Assembly (NCBI RefSeq): GCF_036917815.1
Contig: NZ_JBALEK010000098.1
Span: 1,915 to 65,914 of the forward strand
Direction of reading: 5' to 3'
Length of the DNA: 64,000 bases
Source of the DNA: Nostoc sp.
Lineage (GTDB): Bacteria > Cyanobacteriota > Cyanobacteriia > Cyanobacteriales > Nostocaceae
Shown: positions 1 to 11,300 of the stretch, piece by piece
Numbering within the stretch: the stretch's first letter is position 1
How the letters are laid out: the number at the start of each line of letters is the position of its first letter
The notes under the pieces: generated by a model
Databases searched by the model: none
What the model saw: only the letters and a program-made list of their open reading frames with translations
What the model was told of the DNA's origin: nothing
Made by a program: the position numbers and the translations under genes

Positions 1-2
1 TC

Positions 3-989
3 ATCTTTGCGGTACGAAACTCTAAAGATCCTTGCATAGAGGTTGTAGAGAAAATCATCCATAATTTTTCAGACTTGGATATTGTGTTGATCGTAAGCGA
101 TCGCATCATCGGTACTAATCTGAAAGTTAGCAACTTGGCCAATGCCGCAATCAAAGCTAAATATGACATTCTCCTCCTTGCTGATAGTGATATCCGAGTT
201 GGAACAGACTATTTGCAAAGAGTTATCCAACCCTTGCAAGACAAAAGCGTGGGTGTAGTTACCTGTATGTATCGCTCCTTAACTCAAGGATGGATATCGA
301 CATTAGAGGCTATTGGCACTACTACCGAGTTTCATGCTGGGGTTTTAGTCAGCAACATCCAGGAAAATGGGATAAAATACGCCTTTGGTTCCACCATTGT
401 CATCCCGAAAAAAGTCCTAGAAGCGATCGGTGGGTTTGAAGCGATCGCTGATTACTTAGCAGATGATTTCCAACTTGGCTATTTACCTGTCCAAGCAGGT
501 TACAAAGTTGTGCTTTCCGACTATGTAGTTGAACACGTACAAACAAGCAACAACTTATTTGATACCATCAAGCGCCAGATTCGTTGGGCGCGTTGTAAAC
601 GAGTTTCTCGTCCTTGGGGTTATCTAGGACTAATTTTTACCTATGGTATCGTCACCAGCTTGCTGCTGCTGATTGCCACCGATGGTTCAATACTGGCATG
701 GTTAGGACTATGTATCTGTTGGGTAACAAGATTGGTGATGGCTTGGATTGTTGGTAATATCAGTCTGAAAGATCCAATTGTCAAAAAGTTTCTGTGGCTC
801 GTTCCTGGGTGGGACTTGTTAAGCTTTGCTATTTGGTGTTTTGGCTTTATTGGCAACACTATAGAGTGGCGGGGACAACAAATGAAGCTAACTAAAGATG
901 GAAAGTTACTAGTACAAGAAGATAAAAGTTATCAATTATCAATTAAGGTTTTGACTAGGACATTGTGGCAGAAGTTTACCTATCTTTAA
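3..989 (+). CDS. hpnI: GT2/GT21 glycosyltransferase, HpnI / ceramide glucosyltransferase-like; 5' end lies before the window
   Basis: Frame is open from base 3 (IFAVRNSKDP...). Motifs KVSNL, DSD, LADDF and QIRWAR (QxRW) plus C-terminal TM helices. Confidence 0.75.
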   Translation: MFAVRNSKDPCIEVVEKIIHNFSDLDIVLIVSDRIIGTNLKVSNLANAAIKAKYDILLLADSDIRVGTDYLQRVIQPLQDKSVGVVTCMYRSLTQGWISTLEAIGTTTEFHAGVLVSNIQENGIKYAFGSTIVIPKKVLEAIGGFEAIADYLADDFQLGYLPVQAGYKVVLSDYVVEHVQTSNNLFDTIKRQIRWARCKRVSRPWGYLGLIFTYGIVTSLLLLIATDGSILAWLGLCICWVTRLVMAWIVGNISLKDPIVKKFLWLVPGWDLLSFAIWCFGFIGNTIEWRGQQMKLTKDGKLLVQEDKSYQLSIKVLTRTLWQKFTYL

Positions 990-1112
990 GTAAGTCCACA
1001 CGATAAAACCAAGGTATGTTGAGTTTTGTAAAAACCCTGGAACGATTCATTTATAGGCTCTTTACTGATTTTATATTTCTAGGACTTACGCATTGACAGA
1101 GAGAGCCAACTG

Positions 1113-1197
1113 TGAATGACCTCTCGTTCCTGGGCTGCTGCCTTGTAATGCTCTTGTGGTGGGCTGCTGCCTCCCGTCAAACAAGTAGGCAGCAGCC
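1113..1197. repeat. Dispersed repeat, partial copy of the element at 13192-13314
   Basis: ~85 bp near-identical to 13192 onward (tgaatgacctctcgttcctgggctgctgcc...); a related segment lies at ~18090-18195. Confidence 0.85.
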
Positions 1198-1319
1198 CAG
1201 AAACAAGGCAGGGCAAGACTTTTAGTTTAAAAAGCTGAATATGCATATCATGGTCAAACTGAGTGTAGCCGTTGGCGCAGCCTCTCGTAGAGAAGTATTA
1301 CTAATTACGAATTATTTTA

Positions 1320-1772
1320 TCAAGACATCAAAGCATCGAATCTCCCCAATACTGCCATATCTTCTGCATCTAACTCCGTCGGAATGCCACTGCGAATCAA
1401 TTCTGAAAAGTCTTCATTGGGAACCATAACAGTCAACGTGTACAAGCGATTAGAACCAGTGTTTTTAATCAAATGAGTCCCAGTGGGAGGCACTAATAAA
1501 CTATCTCCCGTTTTGATCGTGACACTCTTGCCGTCACATATAGCGATCGCTTCCCCTTTGAGGACGAAAAACATCTCCACCGCCCACTGATGGCGATTTG
1601 GCGGTGTTTGTCCACCAACATCAAAAATTTCTATGCAGCAAGTCAAGGAAGTATTAGCATTTATCGAATCGAAGATAATTGCTAATCGATTAGAATCATT
1701 AGGACTGATGCGATATACCTGGTAATCTTTGGGAGATTTGATCACCGGAATTACACAACGAGTAGCGTACAT
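1320..1772 (-). CDS. Cupin domain protein
   Basis: Cupin motifs GGQTPPNRHQWAVEMFFVLKG and GDSLLVPPTGTHLIKN. Confidence 0.85.
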   Translation of the reverse strand: MYATRCVIPVIKSPKDYQVYRISPNDSNRLAIIFDSINANTSLTCCIEIFDVGGQTPPNRHQWAVEMFFVLKGEAIAICDGKSVTIKTGDSLLVPPTGTHLIKNTGSNRLYTLTVMVPNEDFSELIRSGIPTELDAEDMAVLGRFDALMS

Positions 1773-1932
1773 TTATTTATCCCCTCTGAAGTTATCGATG
1801 GGTATGAAAATTTCTAAAATCCAAGTTATGAATATTGAGTTGTTAGTTGTATCTCTAAATCAAAATCAGAGAATAACTAATTACTAAATATTTCTAACTC
1901 CTGTAGAGACGCGATTAATCGCGTCTCTACTC

Positions 1933-2706
1933 CTAACTCTTTTTCAGCGCTGTTAAAATTCCTTGGGAGTCAGTAACAAAACCAAAGCATTGTTTGACGT
2001 TGTACAATGTCGCCAGCCAACAATATTCCGGAGAAGTGGTAGCGGTACAGTCTTTAACTAACACACAATCATATCCTAAGAAGTTGGCATCACATAACGT
2101 ACTTAGGACACATTGATCGGCATTAACACCAGCAAAAAATAATGTTGTCCTTCCCAGATTCCGCAAGATGCTATCTAAAGGCGTATCCCAAAACCCACTC
2201 ATGCGGTATTTGTCCACACGAATATCTTCGGGAAGCTGTTCTAGTTCGTCTACTACTGCTGCGGCCCAACTACCTGCCATCAGTACTCTAGCACCATTAC
2301 TTGGCAGTGGATCGCCCAATCCCACACCCTCCCCTGTGGGATTATAGACGTGACGCAAACTAGCACTAATATTGAGCAAGTCGGGACGATTTCCCCAATT
2401 TATCCAAATTACCGGAACACCAGCCTCACGCAGTTCTGGAAGTAAGTTGTTCAAAGGTTCAATAGGCTGACGCGCCGGAGTTACGTCTACGCCGATATGC
2501 GCTAACCAGCCATCAGGGTGACAGAAGTCGTTTTGCATATCAATGACGACGATAGCAGTTTTTGCCAAGTCTAGGCGCAGGGTTTTAGTTTCTGTTGATA
2601 AAATAACGGGTTGTGGGATCTTTTGAAGACGAGTGATGTCTGCGATCGCATCATTCACTGTCCATGTATTTGGTGATACTCCCAATGTCCGAAAAGGCAG
2701 ATTCAT
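1933..2706 (-). CDS. Isochorismatase-family cysteine hydrolase (biuret hydrolase/RutB-like)
   Basis: Triad D (IDMQND), K (DKYR) and C (DQCV); RPDL..GLGDP..GARVL segment resembles BiuH. Confidence 0.85.
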   Translation of the reverse strand: MNLPFRTLGVSPNTWTVNDAIADITRLQKIPQPVILSTETKTLRLDLAKTAIVVIDMQNDFCHPDGWLAHIGVDVTPARQPIEPLNNLLPELREAGVPVIWINWGNRPDLLNISASLRHVYNPTGEGVGLGDPLPSNGARVLMAGSWAAAVVDELEQLPEDIRVDKYRMSGFWDTPLDSILRNLGRTTLFFAGVNADQCVLSTLCDANFLGYDCVLVKDCTATTSPEYCWLATLYNVKQCFGFVTDSQGILTALKKS

Positions 2707-2787
2707 AAAATTGCAATACCCAACGCCATTTTCTATTTTGTAACTTGAAATTCAGTTAAAAATACAATTACTTAATCAAGGTTAAAT

Positions 2788-4197
2788 ATGGTAAATTTCA
2801 CCATTCAGAATGTTTTGATTGCCGTCAGTGATGATTATGCAACGGTAGATGTACAGATTGTAGATGGTGCTATCGCAGCGATTGCCCCTAATCTACAGGT
2901 AATCGGTACTCCCATAGATGGCAAAAACAAGCTACTGCTACCTGGTTTTTTCAACGCCCACACCCACTCATCGGAGATGTGGCAGCGAGGAATCATGTCA
3001 GCTTTTCCTTTAGAATTATGGTTGGCGGAACTGTATGATTTTGCGCCTCTCGATCCCCAACAGGTTTATCTTAGCGCCTTGGGTACTGCGGTGGAAACCT
3101 TACTTTCCGGCGGTACGAGTGTAGTAGATCACCTGGTGTTAATTCCCGGACTTGAGTTAGAAACCATCGCTATTGCAACTCGCGCCTACAGAGAAGTGGG
3201 AATTCGCGCCTTTATCGCCCCTCTAATTCAAGATGAATCCCTCACCGCAGGTATGCCATCTGGGGAATCAACCCAGAATCATCAACCTTATTTTCGCACA
3301 AGAGCGGCAACATTGGAAATCATCGAAGAGGCGGTGAGACAATTTCATCGTCCAGATGAGGGTGTGAGTATTTTAGTTGCACCAACAGGGATACAATTAT
3401 GTACTGATGCTTTATTTGAGGGATGTATCGAGTTAAGCGATCGCTATGATCTTTGTCGTCACTCCCATTTGCTAGAAACCAGGGCACAGGAAAAACTCGC
3501 CCAAGAAAAGTACGGTTGTACTGCTGTGGAACATTTGAAAAGAATCGGATTTTTGAGCGATCGCACAACTCTAGCTCATTGCGTCTGGTTAAATGATACT
3601 GATATCGCCATCCTCGCCGAAACTCAATCTACAGTTGTTCATAATCCCTTAAGTAATTTACGTTTAGGTAGTGGCATTGCTCCGATTTTAAAATATCGCC
3701 AAGGGGGAGTCAATGTAACTTTTGGTTGTGATGGCGCCTCTAGTAATGACTCCCAAGATTTGTTAGAAGCGATCAAAATTGGTTCTATATTGCACAACGT
3801 TACAGACTTCGATTATCAGCATTGGATTACACCCCGACAAGCAGTAGAAATGGCATCTTTGGGAGGTGCAAAAGGATTTAATTGTGCAGATAAACTTGGT
3901 TCTTTAACCGTGGGCAAACAAGCCGATTTGGTACTTTATGACCTCACCAATTTATCATTACTACCGCGTACAGATCCCATTGGTTTGTTAGTATTAGGTC
4001 GTCCTAGTAATGTTGTTGATAGTGCTTGGGTGAATGGCAAGCAAATTGTTGCTGATGGGAAAGTGACAACAATTAATGTTGATGAATTGCGGCAAGAATT
4101 ATTTAATCGGAGTCAGTGGGAGACAAAGCGTAAGTCGGAAACCGTCGCCCAAATTGAAGCACATTATCGCACAGTCATGGGGTTGGGAAACGAATAA
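2788..4197 (+). CDS. Metal-dependent amidohydrolase (AtzA/TrzA/MTA-deaminase-like)
   Basis: HTH metal motif, HSHLLE, HCVW, GCDG, HNPLSNLRLGSG. Confidence 0.88.
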   Translation: MVNFTIQNVLIAVSDDYATVDVQIVDGAIAAIAPNLQVIGTPIDGKNKLLLPGFFNAHTHSSEMWQRGIMSAFPLELWLAELYDFAPLDPQQVYLSALGTAVETLLSGGTSVVDHLVLIPGLELETIAIATRAYREVGIRAFIAPLIQDESLTAGMPSGESTQNHQPYFRTRAATLEIIEEAVRQFHRPDEGVSILVAPTGIQLCTDALFEGCIELSDRYDLCRHSHLLETRAQEKLAQEKYGCTAVEHLKRIGFLSDRTTLAHCVWLNDTDIAILAETQSTVVHNPLSNLRLGSGIAPILKYRQGGVNVTFGCDGASSNDSQDLLEAIKIGSILHNVTDFDYQHWITPRQAVEMASLGGAKGFNCADKLGSLTVGKQADLVLYDLTNLSLLPRTDPIGLLVLGRPSNVVDSAWVNGKQIVADGKVTTINVDELRQELFNRSQWETKRKSETVAQIEAHYRTVMGLGNE

Positions 4198-4298
4198 TTA
4201 CCCTGAAAGTGGTTGACTGTGATTTTAAGTACTTGGAGATCCCCCTAAATCCCCCGATAAATTGGGGGACTTTGAATCTGGTTCCCCCCTTTTTAAGG

Positions 4299-4505
4299 CA
4301 GGGCTGATTCATTCCCTAAAAGACCTTAATTTACAAGCGTATCAGTCAAAAAAATCAGGTTTTTAAACACTCTAATTGGGTCAAAAACCAGGCGATCGCA
4401 CTTAAATTTACCGATTGAAACAGTAATTTTTCGATTACCAACTCACTAAATTTTCTGGTTGATACTCTTGACAAAATTCTGATCTGAACGAATGAAACAG
4501 CCCTG
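4299..4505. mobile_element. 207-bp MITE with 16-bp TIRs and 10-bp TSD
   Basis: TIR cagggctgattcattc / gaatgaaacagccctg; TSD CTTTTTAAGG at 4289-4298 and 4506-4515. It interrupts a palindromic repeat seen uninterrupted near 50383-50460. Confidence 0.9.
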
Positions 4506-4610
4506 CTTTTTAAGGGGGGTTAGGGGGGATCTAAAGCTGTAGGGAAACTTTAAAAGACTTGTGTGTACACCGTAGCCTTTATAAGGGGAGGGTTAGGGTG
4601 GGGTAAAACC

Positions 4611-4869
4611 CAATACGGTTGGGTTAAGGCTAGTACTATGAGTCAAAGTCATTTTTTTAACGTAGATGCTTCTCTACGAGACGCTACGCGAACGGCTTCC
4701 CGCAGGGTACCGCAGAGGCAATAGAGTTGCCAGTGCGCCCTTGCGGTTAAGAGACTTGTACCCCTCCGGGGATCTTGCTACGCATAGCGTCTCCCCCTGG
4801 GAGAAGCAACTGGCGCGACACGGAGAGAGAAGAAGGAGGAGGAAAAAATTGCTTAACTGAACTGTATTG
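4611..4869. mobile_element. 259-bp MITE (CAATAC-end family) with 10-bp TSD
   Basis: Ends caatacggttgggttaag / cttaactgaactgtattg; TSD GGGTAAAACC at 4601-4610 and 4870-4879. Confidence 0.88.
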
Positions 4870-4884
4870 GGGTAAAACCTTAGT

Positions 4885-4990
4885 TACAGCGAATTGCAAT
4901 CAAGCGTGCCACAGATAAAAGTACTAAAACCAATGCTGGTCTTTGTTTTCGGATTCACTTTTGTGGCGGGTTTGATTGAAAACTGCTGTA
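4885..4990. mobile_element. ~106-bp TACAGC-ended inverted-repeat element
   Basis: tacagcgaattgcaatcaagcgtgccac pairs imperfectly with gtggcgggtttgattgaaaactgctgta; a relative lies at 49271-49494. Confidence 0.7.
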
Positions 4991-5002
4991 ATATCAGTAT
5001 TC

Positions 5003-8000
5003 TCAGTTGAGCTTGGGCTTTTTGAAGAAAAAGCGGTAAAACTTAGGCTGACCAAGCTTTTTACGGAATGCTTCCATGTAAATGTAAAATACTGGAGTCA
5101 GATATAGAGTCAATACCTGAGAAAACAGCAATCCCCCAACGATCGCAATTCCCAAAGGACGACGCGCTTCTGAACCAACTCCCGTCCCCAAAGCAATGGG
5201 AAGTGTCCCAATTAAAGCTGCCATCGTCGTCATCATAATCGGGCGGAAGCGAGTCAAGCAAGCGGCATAGATGGCATCATAGGAATTTTTACCTTCCTTT
5301 CGCTGGGCTTCAATAGCAAAGTCCACCAGCATAATGCCGTTTTTCTTGACGATACCCACTAGCAGAATGATGCCAATAAAAGAGTAAAGATTTAAATCAA
5401 CCTGGAAAATCAGCAGCGTCAATAATGCGCCAAAACCCGCCGAAGGTAGACCAGAAAGAATGGTGATTGGGTGAATAAAATCCTCATAAAGGATACCGAG
5501 AATCAGATAGATGACTACAATAGACACCAACAACAGCGCCCCTAAATCGTTGAAGGACTGTTGGAAAGTTTGGGCTGAACCCTGAAAGCTGGGGGTAATT
5601 GTTGATGGTAACAACTCACTGGCTGCTTGCTTGATAGCATCAGTAGCTTGACTGAGAGAGGTTCCTGCGAGGGTGTCAAAAGAGATAGTCGATGAGGGGA
5701 GTTGACCAACGTGAGCAACGGTGAGGGGACCGACATTCTGGGTGATATTAGCGATCGCACTCAGAGGTACTTGTTTTCCAGCACTCGATTGCACATATAG
5801 TAATGATAGGGCACTGGGATCTCGCTGAAACTCCGGTTTCACTTCTAAGATTACATAAAATTGGTCATTTGGGGTATAGATAGTAGAAACCTGGCTGGAA
5901 CCATAGGCAGCACTGAGGGTTTGTTCAACTTGTTGGGCAGTAATCCCAAGAGTGGCAGCTTTGTTATGGTCAATTTGGACTTGAATTTGGGGAGTGCTGA
6001 GTTGTAAATCGCTGTCAACGTCCCGGAGTCCTGGTAGGGTTTTGACTTTATCTAGAAGTTTAGGAACGTATTGGCGCAAGTCTTGTAAATTCAAGCTCTG
6101 CAACGTGAACTGATAAGTAGAATTAGTTTGTTGACCACCGATGGGAATAGCTGGCGGAGAGCGGAGGAATGTCTTAATCCCAATTGTACGTCTCAATTTG
6201 GGGGTTAGCTCTTGAATGATTTCGTCAGCACTGAGTTGACGTTGATCACGTGGCTTGAGCCGAATGGTAATTCGCCCACCGTTGACTGAACCGTTCGGGC
6301 CGCTTGCACCCACAATGGAGTCAACTGCTTCAATATTGGGGTCTTTGCGAATAATCTCAACAACCTTTTGCTGGTGACGCAGCATATCATCAAAAGAAAT
6401 ATCTTGCGCGGCTTTCGTGTTCCCCATCAATTGTCCGGTGTCTTCCGTGGGGATAAATCCTTTGGGAACGATGACAAACAAATAGGCGGTCATTATTAGC
6501 AGAATACCAGAACCAATGAGTGTCATCAAGCGGTATTTTAAGATGGGCTTGAGCGTCCAATCATATCCCCGCAGTAGTAAATCAAATCCCCCTTCTAAAA
6601 ATTGATAGAGCCGATTTGGTCTTTGCTGATGGGGTGAACTTAAGAAACGACTGCACAACATGGGAGTGAGACTGAGGGAAACAAAACCCGAAACCAAAAT
6701 TGCCACAGCGATGGTAACAGCAAATTCATGAAATAATTTACCGATTATGCCACTCATAAACATGATGGGGATGAACACCGCCACCAGGGAGAGGGTCATT
6801 GACAAAATGGTGAAACTGATTTCCTTTGATCCCTTCAATGCTGCCTCTAGGGGAGAATCGCCCATTTCCCGATAACGGACGACATTTTCCAACACCACGA
6901 TCGCATCATCCACGACAAAACCCACGGAAAGGGTCAACGCCATAAGTGAGATGTTGTCTAGGGAGAAGCCCGATAGATACATCACCGCAAAAGTACCAAT
7001 GATGGCTACAGGTAGCGCCAAACTGGGAATCAGCGTCGCCGTGATGTCACGCAAGAATAGGAAAATCACCAAAACAACTAGACAAATCGAGAGAACTAAG
7101 GTAAACTTTACATCGTTGACAGAGGCTCGGATGGTTTGGGAGCGATCGTACATAATCCCCATCTCAATGGATTTGGGAACTTGTTCGCGGAGCGTAGGTA
7201 AAAGTTTCTGAATAGCATCAACAATATTTACAGTGTTGGCACCCGGCTGTGGCTGCACGGCCAGAACAACGGAATGGCGGTCTGTCACCTGGTCATCGTT
7301 ATACAAATTCGAGACTTTGTTATTTTGTTCACTGTCAATTACCTGCCCCAAATCTTGAAGGCGCACGGGCGCACCATTAGCGTAAGTTACAATAAGTTGG
7401 CGATAGCCGGCAGCATCGGTAAGTTGACCATTCGCCTGAATCGTATAATTTTTGAAAGTATCAGAGAGACTGCCCGTTGCTAAATCAACATTTCCCTGTT
7501 GAATAGCAGTTTTTACCTGATTTAGACCAATTCCCCTTGATGCCAACTCTCGCGGGTCAAGCTGGACGCGGACTGCATATTGCTGTTGGCCATAGACCTG
7601 TACCTGAGCAACACCATCAATCATCGAGATCGGCTGACCAACTGTTACCTCTGCGTATTCGTCTACTGTCGAGATTGGCTGTGTCTCAGAATACATGTAG
7701 AGGTAGAGAACCGGTGAGACAGATGGGTTGACTTTGCGATAGGTGGGCGGGTGAGGCATTCCGGCGGGCAGTTGTCCGGCGGCGGCTGAGATGGCTGCCT
7801 GGACATCTTTGGCGGCATCTTCCACTCTCCGGCTAAAGTCAAATTGTAAGGAGATGCTGGTGCTGCCTGTGGAACTGGTGGAATTAAATGAATTGAGTCC
7901 GGCAATTTCGGTAAACTGTCTTTCTAGGGGTGCGGCGACGGAAGATGCCATTGTTTCCGGGGTGGCACCAGGGAGACTAGCGGAGACAGATATAAAAGGA

Positions 8001-8125
8001 TATTCAACGTTGGGTAGGGCACTGATGGGTAATAGGAGATAGCTCATCAGACCGAAGATGAGGATACCCATCATTACCAAGGTGGTCATGACTGGACGAC
8101 GGATGAAGAGTTCTGAAAGGTTCAT
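5003..8125 (-). CDS. RND efflux permease, AcrB/MdtB-C type (1040 aa)
   Basis: Likely start MNLSELFIRRPV at 8125; proton-relay motifs VDDAIVVLEN, VKKNGIM, RFRPIMMTT. Confidence 0.95.
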   Translation of the reverse strand: MNLSELFIRRPVMTTLVMMGILIFGLMSYLLLPISALPNVEYPFISVSASLPGATPETMASSVAAPLERQFTEIAGLNSFNSTSSTGSTSISLQFDFSRRVEDAAKDVQAAISAAAGQLPAGMPHPPTYRKVNPSVSPVLYLYMYSETQPISTVDEYAEVTVGQPISMIDGVAQVQVYGQQQYAVRVQLDPRELASRGIGLNQVKTAIQQGNVDLATGSLSDTFKNYTIQANGQLTDAAGYRQLIVTYANGAPVRLQDLGQVIDSEQNNKVSNLYNDDQVTDRHSVVLAVQPQPGANTVNIVDAIQKLLPTLREQVPKSIEMGIMYDRSQTIRASVNDVKFTLVLSICLVVLVIFLFLRDITATLIPSLALPVAIIGTFAVMYLSGFSLDNISLMALTLSVGFVVDDAIVVLENVVRYREMGDSPLEAALKGSKEISFTILSMTLSLVAVFIPIMFMSGIIGKLFHEFAVTIAVAILVSGFVSLSLTPMLCSRFLSSPHQQRPNRLYQFLEGGFDLLLRGYDWTLKPILKYRLMTLIGSGILLIMTAYLFVIVPKGFIPTEDTGQLMGNTKAAQDISFDDMLRHQQKVVEIIRKDPNIEAVDSIVGASGPNGSVNGGRITIRLKPRDQRQLSADEIIQELTPKLRRTIGIKTFLRSPPAIPIGGQQTNSTYQFTLQSLNLQDLRQYVPKLLDKVKTLPGLRDVDSDLQLSTPQIQVQIDHNKAATLGITAQQVEQTLSAAYGSSQVSTIYTPNDQFYVILEVKPEFQRDPSALSLLYVQSSAGKQVPLSAIANITQNVGPLTVAHVGQLPSSTISFDTLAGTSLSQATDAIKQAASELLPSTITPSFQGSAQTFQQSFNDLGALLLVSIVVIYLILGILYEDFIHPITILSGLPSAGFGALLTLLIFQVDLNLYSFIGIILLVGIVKKNGIMLVDFAIEAQRKEGKNSYDAIYAACLTRFRPIMMTTMAALIGTLPIALGTGVGSEARRPLGIAIVGGLLFSQVLTLYLTPVFYIYMEAFRKKLGQPKFYRFFFKKPKLN

Positions 8126-8174
8126 GGGTTTTGTTATTGAGTTAAGGCTTAACTCTTTGTCAAAGTCAATTTTT

Positions 8175-8355
8175 TTTAAACGAACCACAGAGGCGCAGAG
8201 GGCACTGAGAGAAGAAAGAAATGCTTAACTGAATGTTGGGTTTTAACACAGGAGAGAGGAAAAAAACTGCTTTAATATCTGGTTTCAACACATTTTGTCA
8301 AAAACCCTCTTGATTCTCCTCTCTGTGTCCTCCGCGTCTCTGCGGTTCGTTTAAA
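8175..8355. repeat. Inverted-repeat element between the two RND genes
   Basis: tttaaacgaaccacagagg ... tctctgcggttcgtttaaa terminal IR. Confidence 0.7.
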
Positions 8356-8357
8356 TA

Positions 8358-11300
8358 TCACGATCGCCCGCCTGAAAATGAAAATACCCGCCGGAACTTA
8401 ACTTGACTGAGCTTTTTCCGCCACGATTCCATATATATATAGAACACGGGTGTTAAATAGAGGGTCAATATCTGAGAAAACACTAGCCCACCCACAACTG
8501 CAATACCTAGAGGACGGCGGGATTCGGAACCAGCCCCAAACCCGATCGCAATAGGTAAGGTTCCCATTAATGCTGCCATTGTCGTCATCATAATTGGGCG
8601 GAAGCGCACCAAACAGGCTTGATAAATCGCCTCAGACGGTTTTTTCCCTTCTTCTCGCTGGGCTTCAATTGCAAAATCCACCATCATAATCCCGTTTTTC
8701 TTGACGATGCCCACCAAGAGAATTATGCCGATAAAGGAGTAAACATTCAGTTCGACATGGAATATTATCAGCGTTAACAATGCCCCAAAACCTGCTGAGG
8801 GCAAACCGGAAAGAATCGTAATTGGGTGAATGAAATCCTCATAGAGAACACCCAAAATCAGATAAATTACGAGGATAGCGATCGCTAACAATAAACCCAA
8901 ACTCGGCAGTGAACTTTGAAATACCTGACTTGCACCCTGAAAGCTGGTGCTTATACTGGCAGGAATCACCTGATTAATCACTTTCTCAATCTCTTCGTTG
9001 GCATTTCCCAAGGCCACACCGGGAGCGAGGTTAAAGGAAATGGTGGCGGCGTTCATCCGACCGTTATGATTAACCATTAACGGGCTGACTCCCTGAGATA
9101 GTTTGGCGAATGTCTTCAGAGGTACTGCAACTCCTGTGCTGGAGTTAATGTATAATGCCAACAAAGCATTGATATCTTGCTGAAACTGGGGTGCTAATTC
9201 CAAAATCACCTGATACTCATTGGTGGCTGCATAGATGGTTGATACTTGGTAAGAACCGTAGGCACTTCTCAGGGTATTTTCGATTTGTTGGGCGGTTATA
9301 CCATAAGTTGACGCTTTATCGCGGTCAATGTCAATTTTAATTTGGGAAGCAAACTGTAAATCGCTGTTCACATCCTGGAGTTCCGTCATCTCCTTCATCT
9401 TGATCACAAGTTGGGGAACATACTCCTGTAAGGGTTTGACATCAGAACTCTGGAGTGCAACTTGATAAAGGCCTGTACTTTGTTGGGCGCCAATGGGAAT
9501 CGCTGGGGGATTTTGTAAGAATACTTGGATACCTGGAACAGTGGCAAGTTTGGTTCGCAAATTTTGCACGATTTCGTCAGCCCCAAGTTGGCGTTGCGAT
9601 CGCGGTTTTAACCGAATAAACAAACTACCCGAATTGGCTGCAACTGCTGCCCCACCGCCACTAGCACTGGCTCCCGCCCCAATATTAGAGTTGACTGCAT
9701 CTACATTTGGATCTTGGCGGATCAGGTTAGCAACTGTCTGCTGATGCTTGACAAGATTATCAAAGGATGCATCCTGGGCTGCTTGGGTAACGCCTGTAAT
9801 TTGTCCGGTATCTTGGCTAGGAATAAAGCCTTTGGGAACTACCATCAACAGCCCAACTGTCACCGCAAATAGAAAGACTGATAATATCATCGTGGTACGA
9901 TGATATTTTAAAACTTTTTTGAGACTCCAATCGTACAAACCGAGGAAGCGATCGAAGACATATTCGGAAGCTTGATATAACCGACTTTGACGGGTATGAT
10001 CCACAGGACGCAGAAAACGGCTGCACAACATGGGAGTCAGAGTCAAAGACACAAAACCAGAGACGAGAATTGCCACTGCGATCGTCACAGCAAATTCATG
10101 AAATAATCGTCCCAGCACTTCACTCATGAACAACATGGGGATGAAGACTGCAACTAAGGAAAGGGTCATCGATAGAATTGTAAAACCAATTTCTCTCGAC
10201 CCATTCAACGCCGCTTCTACTGGACGTTCCCCCATTTCGATATGACGGACGATATTTTCTAGCATAACGATCGCATCATCCACTACGAAGCCCACCGAAA
10301 GGGTCAACGCCATCAGCGATAGGTTATCTAGTGAGTATTGCAGCAAATACATCACCGCAAAGGTGCCAATCAGCGAAACAGGTAACGCCAAACTGGGAAT
10401 CACCGTGGCTGAGAGGTTCCGCAAAAAGATGAAAATTACGAAGATAACTAGAGCGATCGTCAAAATCAAGGTAAATCTGACATCATCTACTGAATCTCTA
10501 ATTGACTGAGACGCATCATAAAGAATCCCAATTTCCACGGATGCCGGAATCTGGTCTCGCAATTTCGGGAGCAATTTCGTAATCGTGTCAACAACTTGTA
10601 CCGTATTGGTTCCGGGTTGTCTTTGAATGGTGAGAATAATGGCGCGGGTATTGTTGTACCAACTTGCTACCTTGTCATTTTCTACACTGTCAATAACCCG
10701 ACCGAGTTGATAAAGATAGATGGGCGCACCATCTTTATAAGACACAATCAGCTGACGATAAGCAGCCGCATCTTGGAGTTGCCCGTTAGTTTGGACTGTA
10801 AAATTCTTGTGATTTCCCGAAAGACTACCAGTAGGTAAATCGACGTTACCCTCTTGAATCGCCGTCGCCACCTGATCTAGCCCAATTTGCCGCGTTGCCA
10901 ATTCCTGCGGATCAAGTTGAATTCGAGCCGCATACTTTTGGGAACCGTAGACAGCTACCTGTGCTACCCCATTGATTGTAGATAGCTTTTGTGCCAGATA
11001 AGTCTCGGCATAATTGTCTACTTGGGAAAGCGGCAGAGTGGGAGAGTCTAAGTAAAGGTAGAGAATGGGTTGATCGGCGGGGTTAACCTTACTGTAGGTA
11101 GGAGGATTTGGTAAATCCGTCGCAATTTGCCCCGATGCTCCTGAGATCGCGGCTTGTACATCCTGTGCCGCGTCATCAATGTTCCGACTCAGGTTAAATT
11201 GCAGGGTAATTTGAGTCTGACCCAAGGTGCTAGTTGAGTTGAGCGAATCGAGTCCAGCAATACTAGAAAATTGCTTCTCTAGGGGACGAGCAACCGATGC

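Noticed and set aside
2740-2753. NtcA-like GTA-N8-TTC site; also TGTA-N8-CACA at 49510-49525
   Set aside because: Each has a core mismatch and no correctly spaced -10 box in AT-rich DNA.
4666-4860. 64-aa ORF, and similar ORFs at 17735-18210, 49290-49514, 50254-50668, 31998-32334 and 63441-63810
   Set aside because: They are translations of repeat or MITE DNA, or antisense shadows, with no protein motifs.
8126-8188. 21-aa N-terminal extension of the second RND gene in the ORF track
   Set aside because: It runs into an inverted-repeat element; the paralog shows the start is MNLSE at 8125.
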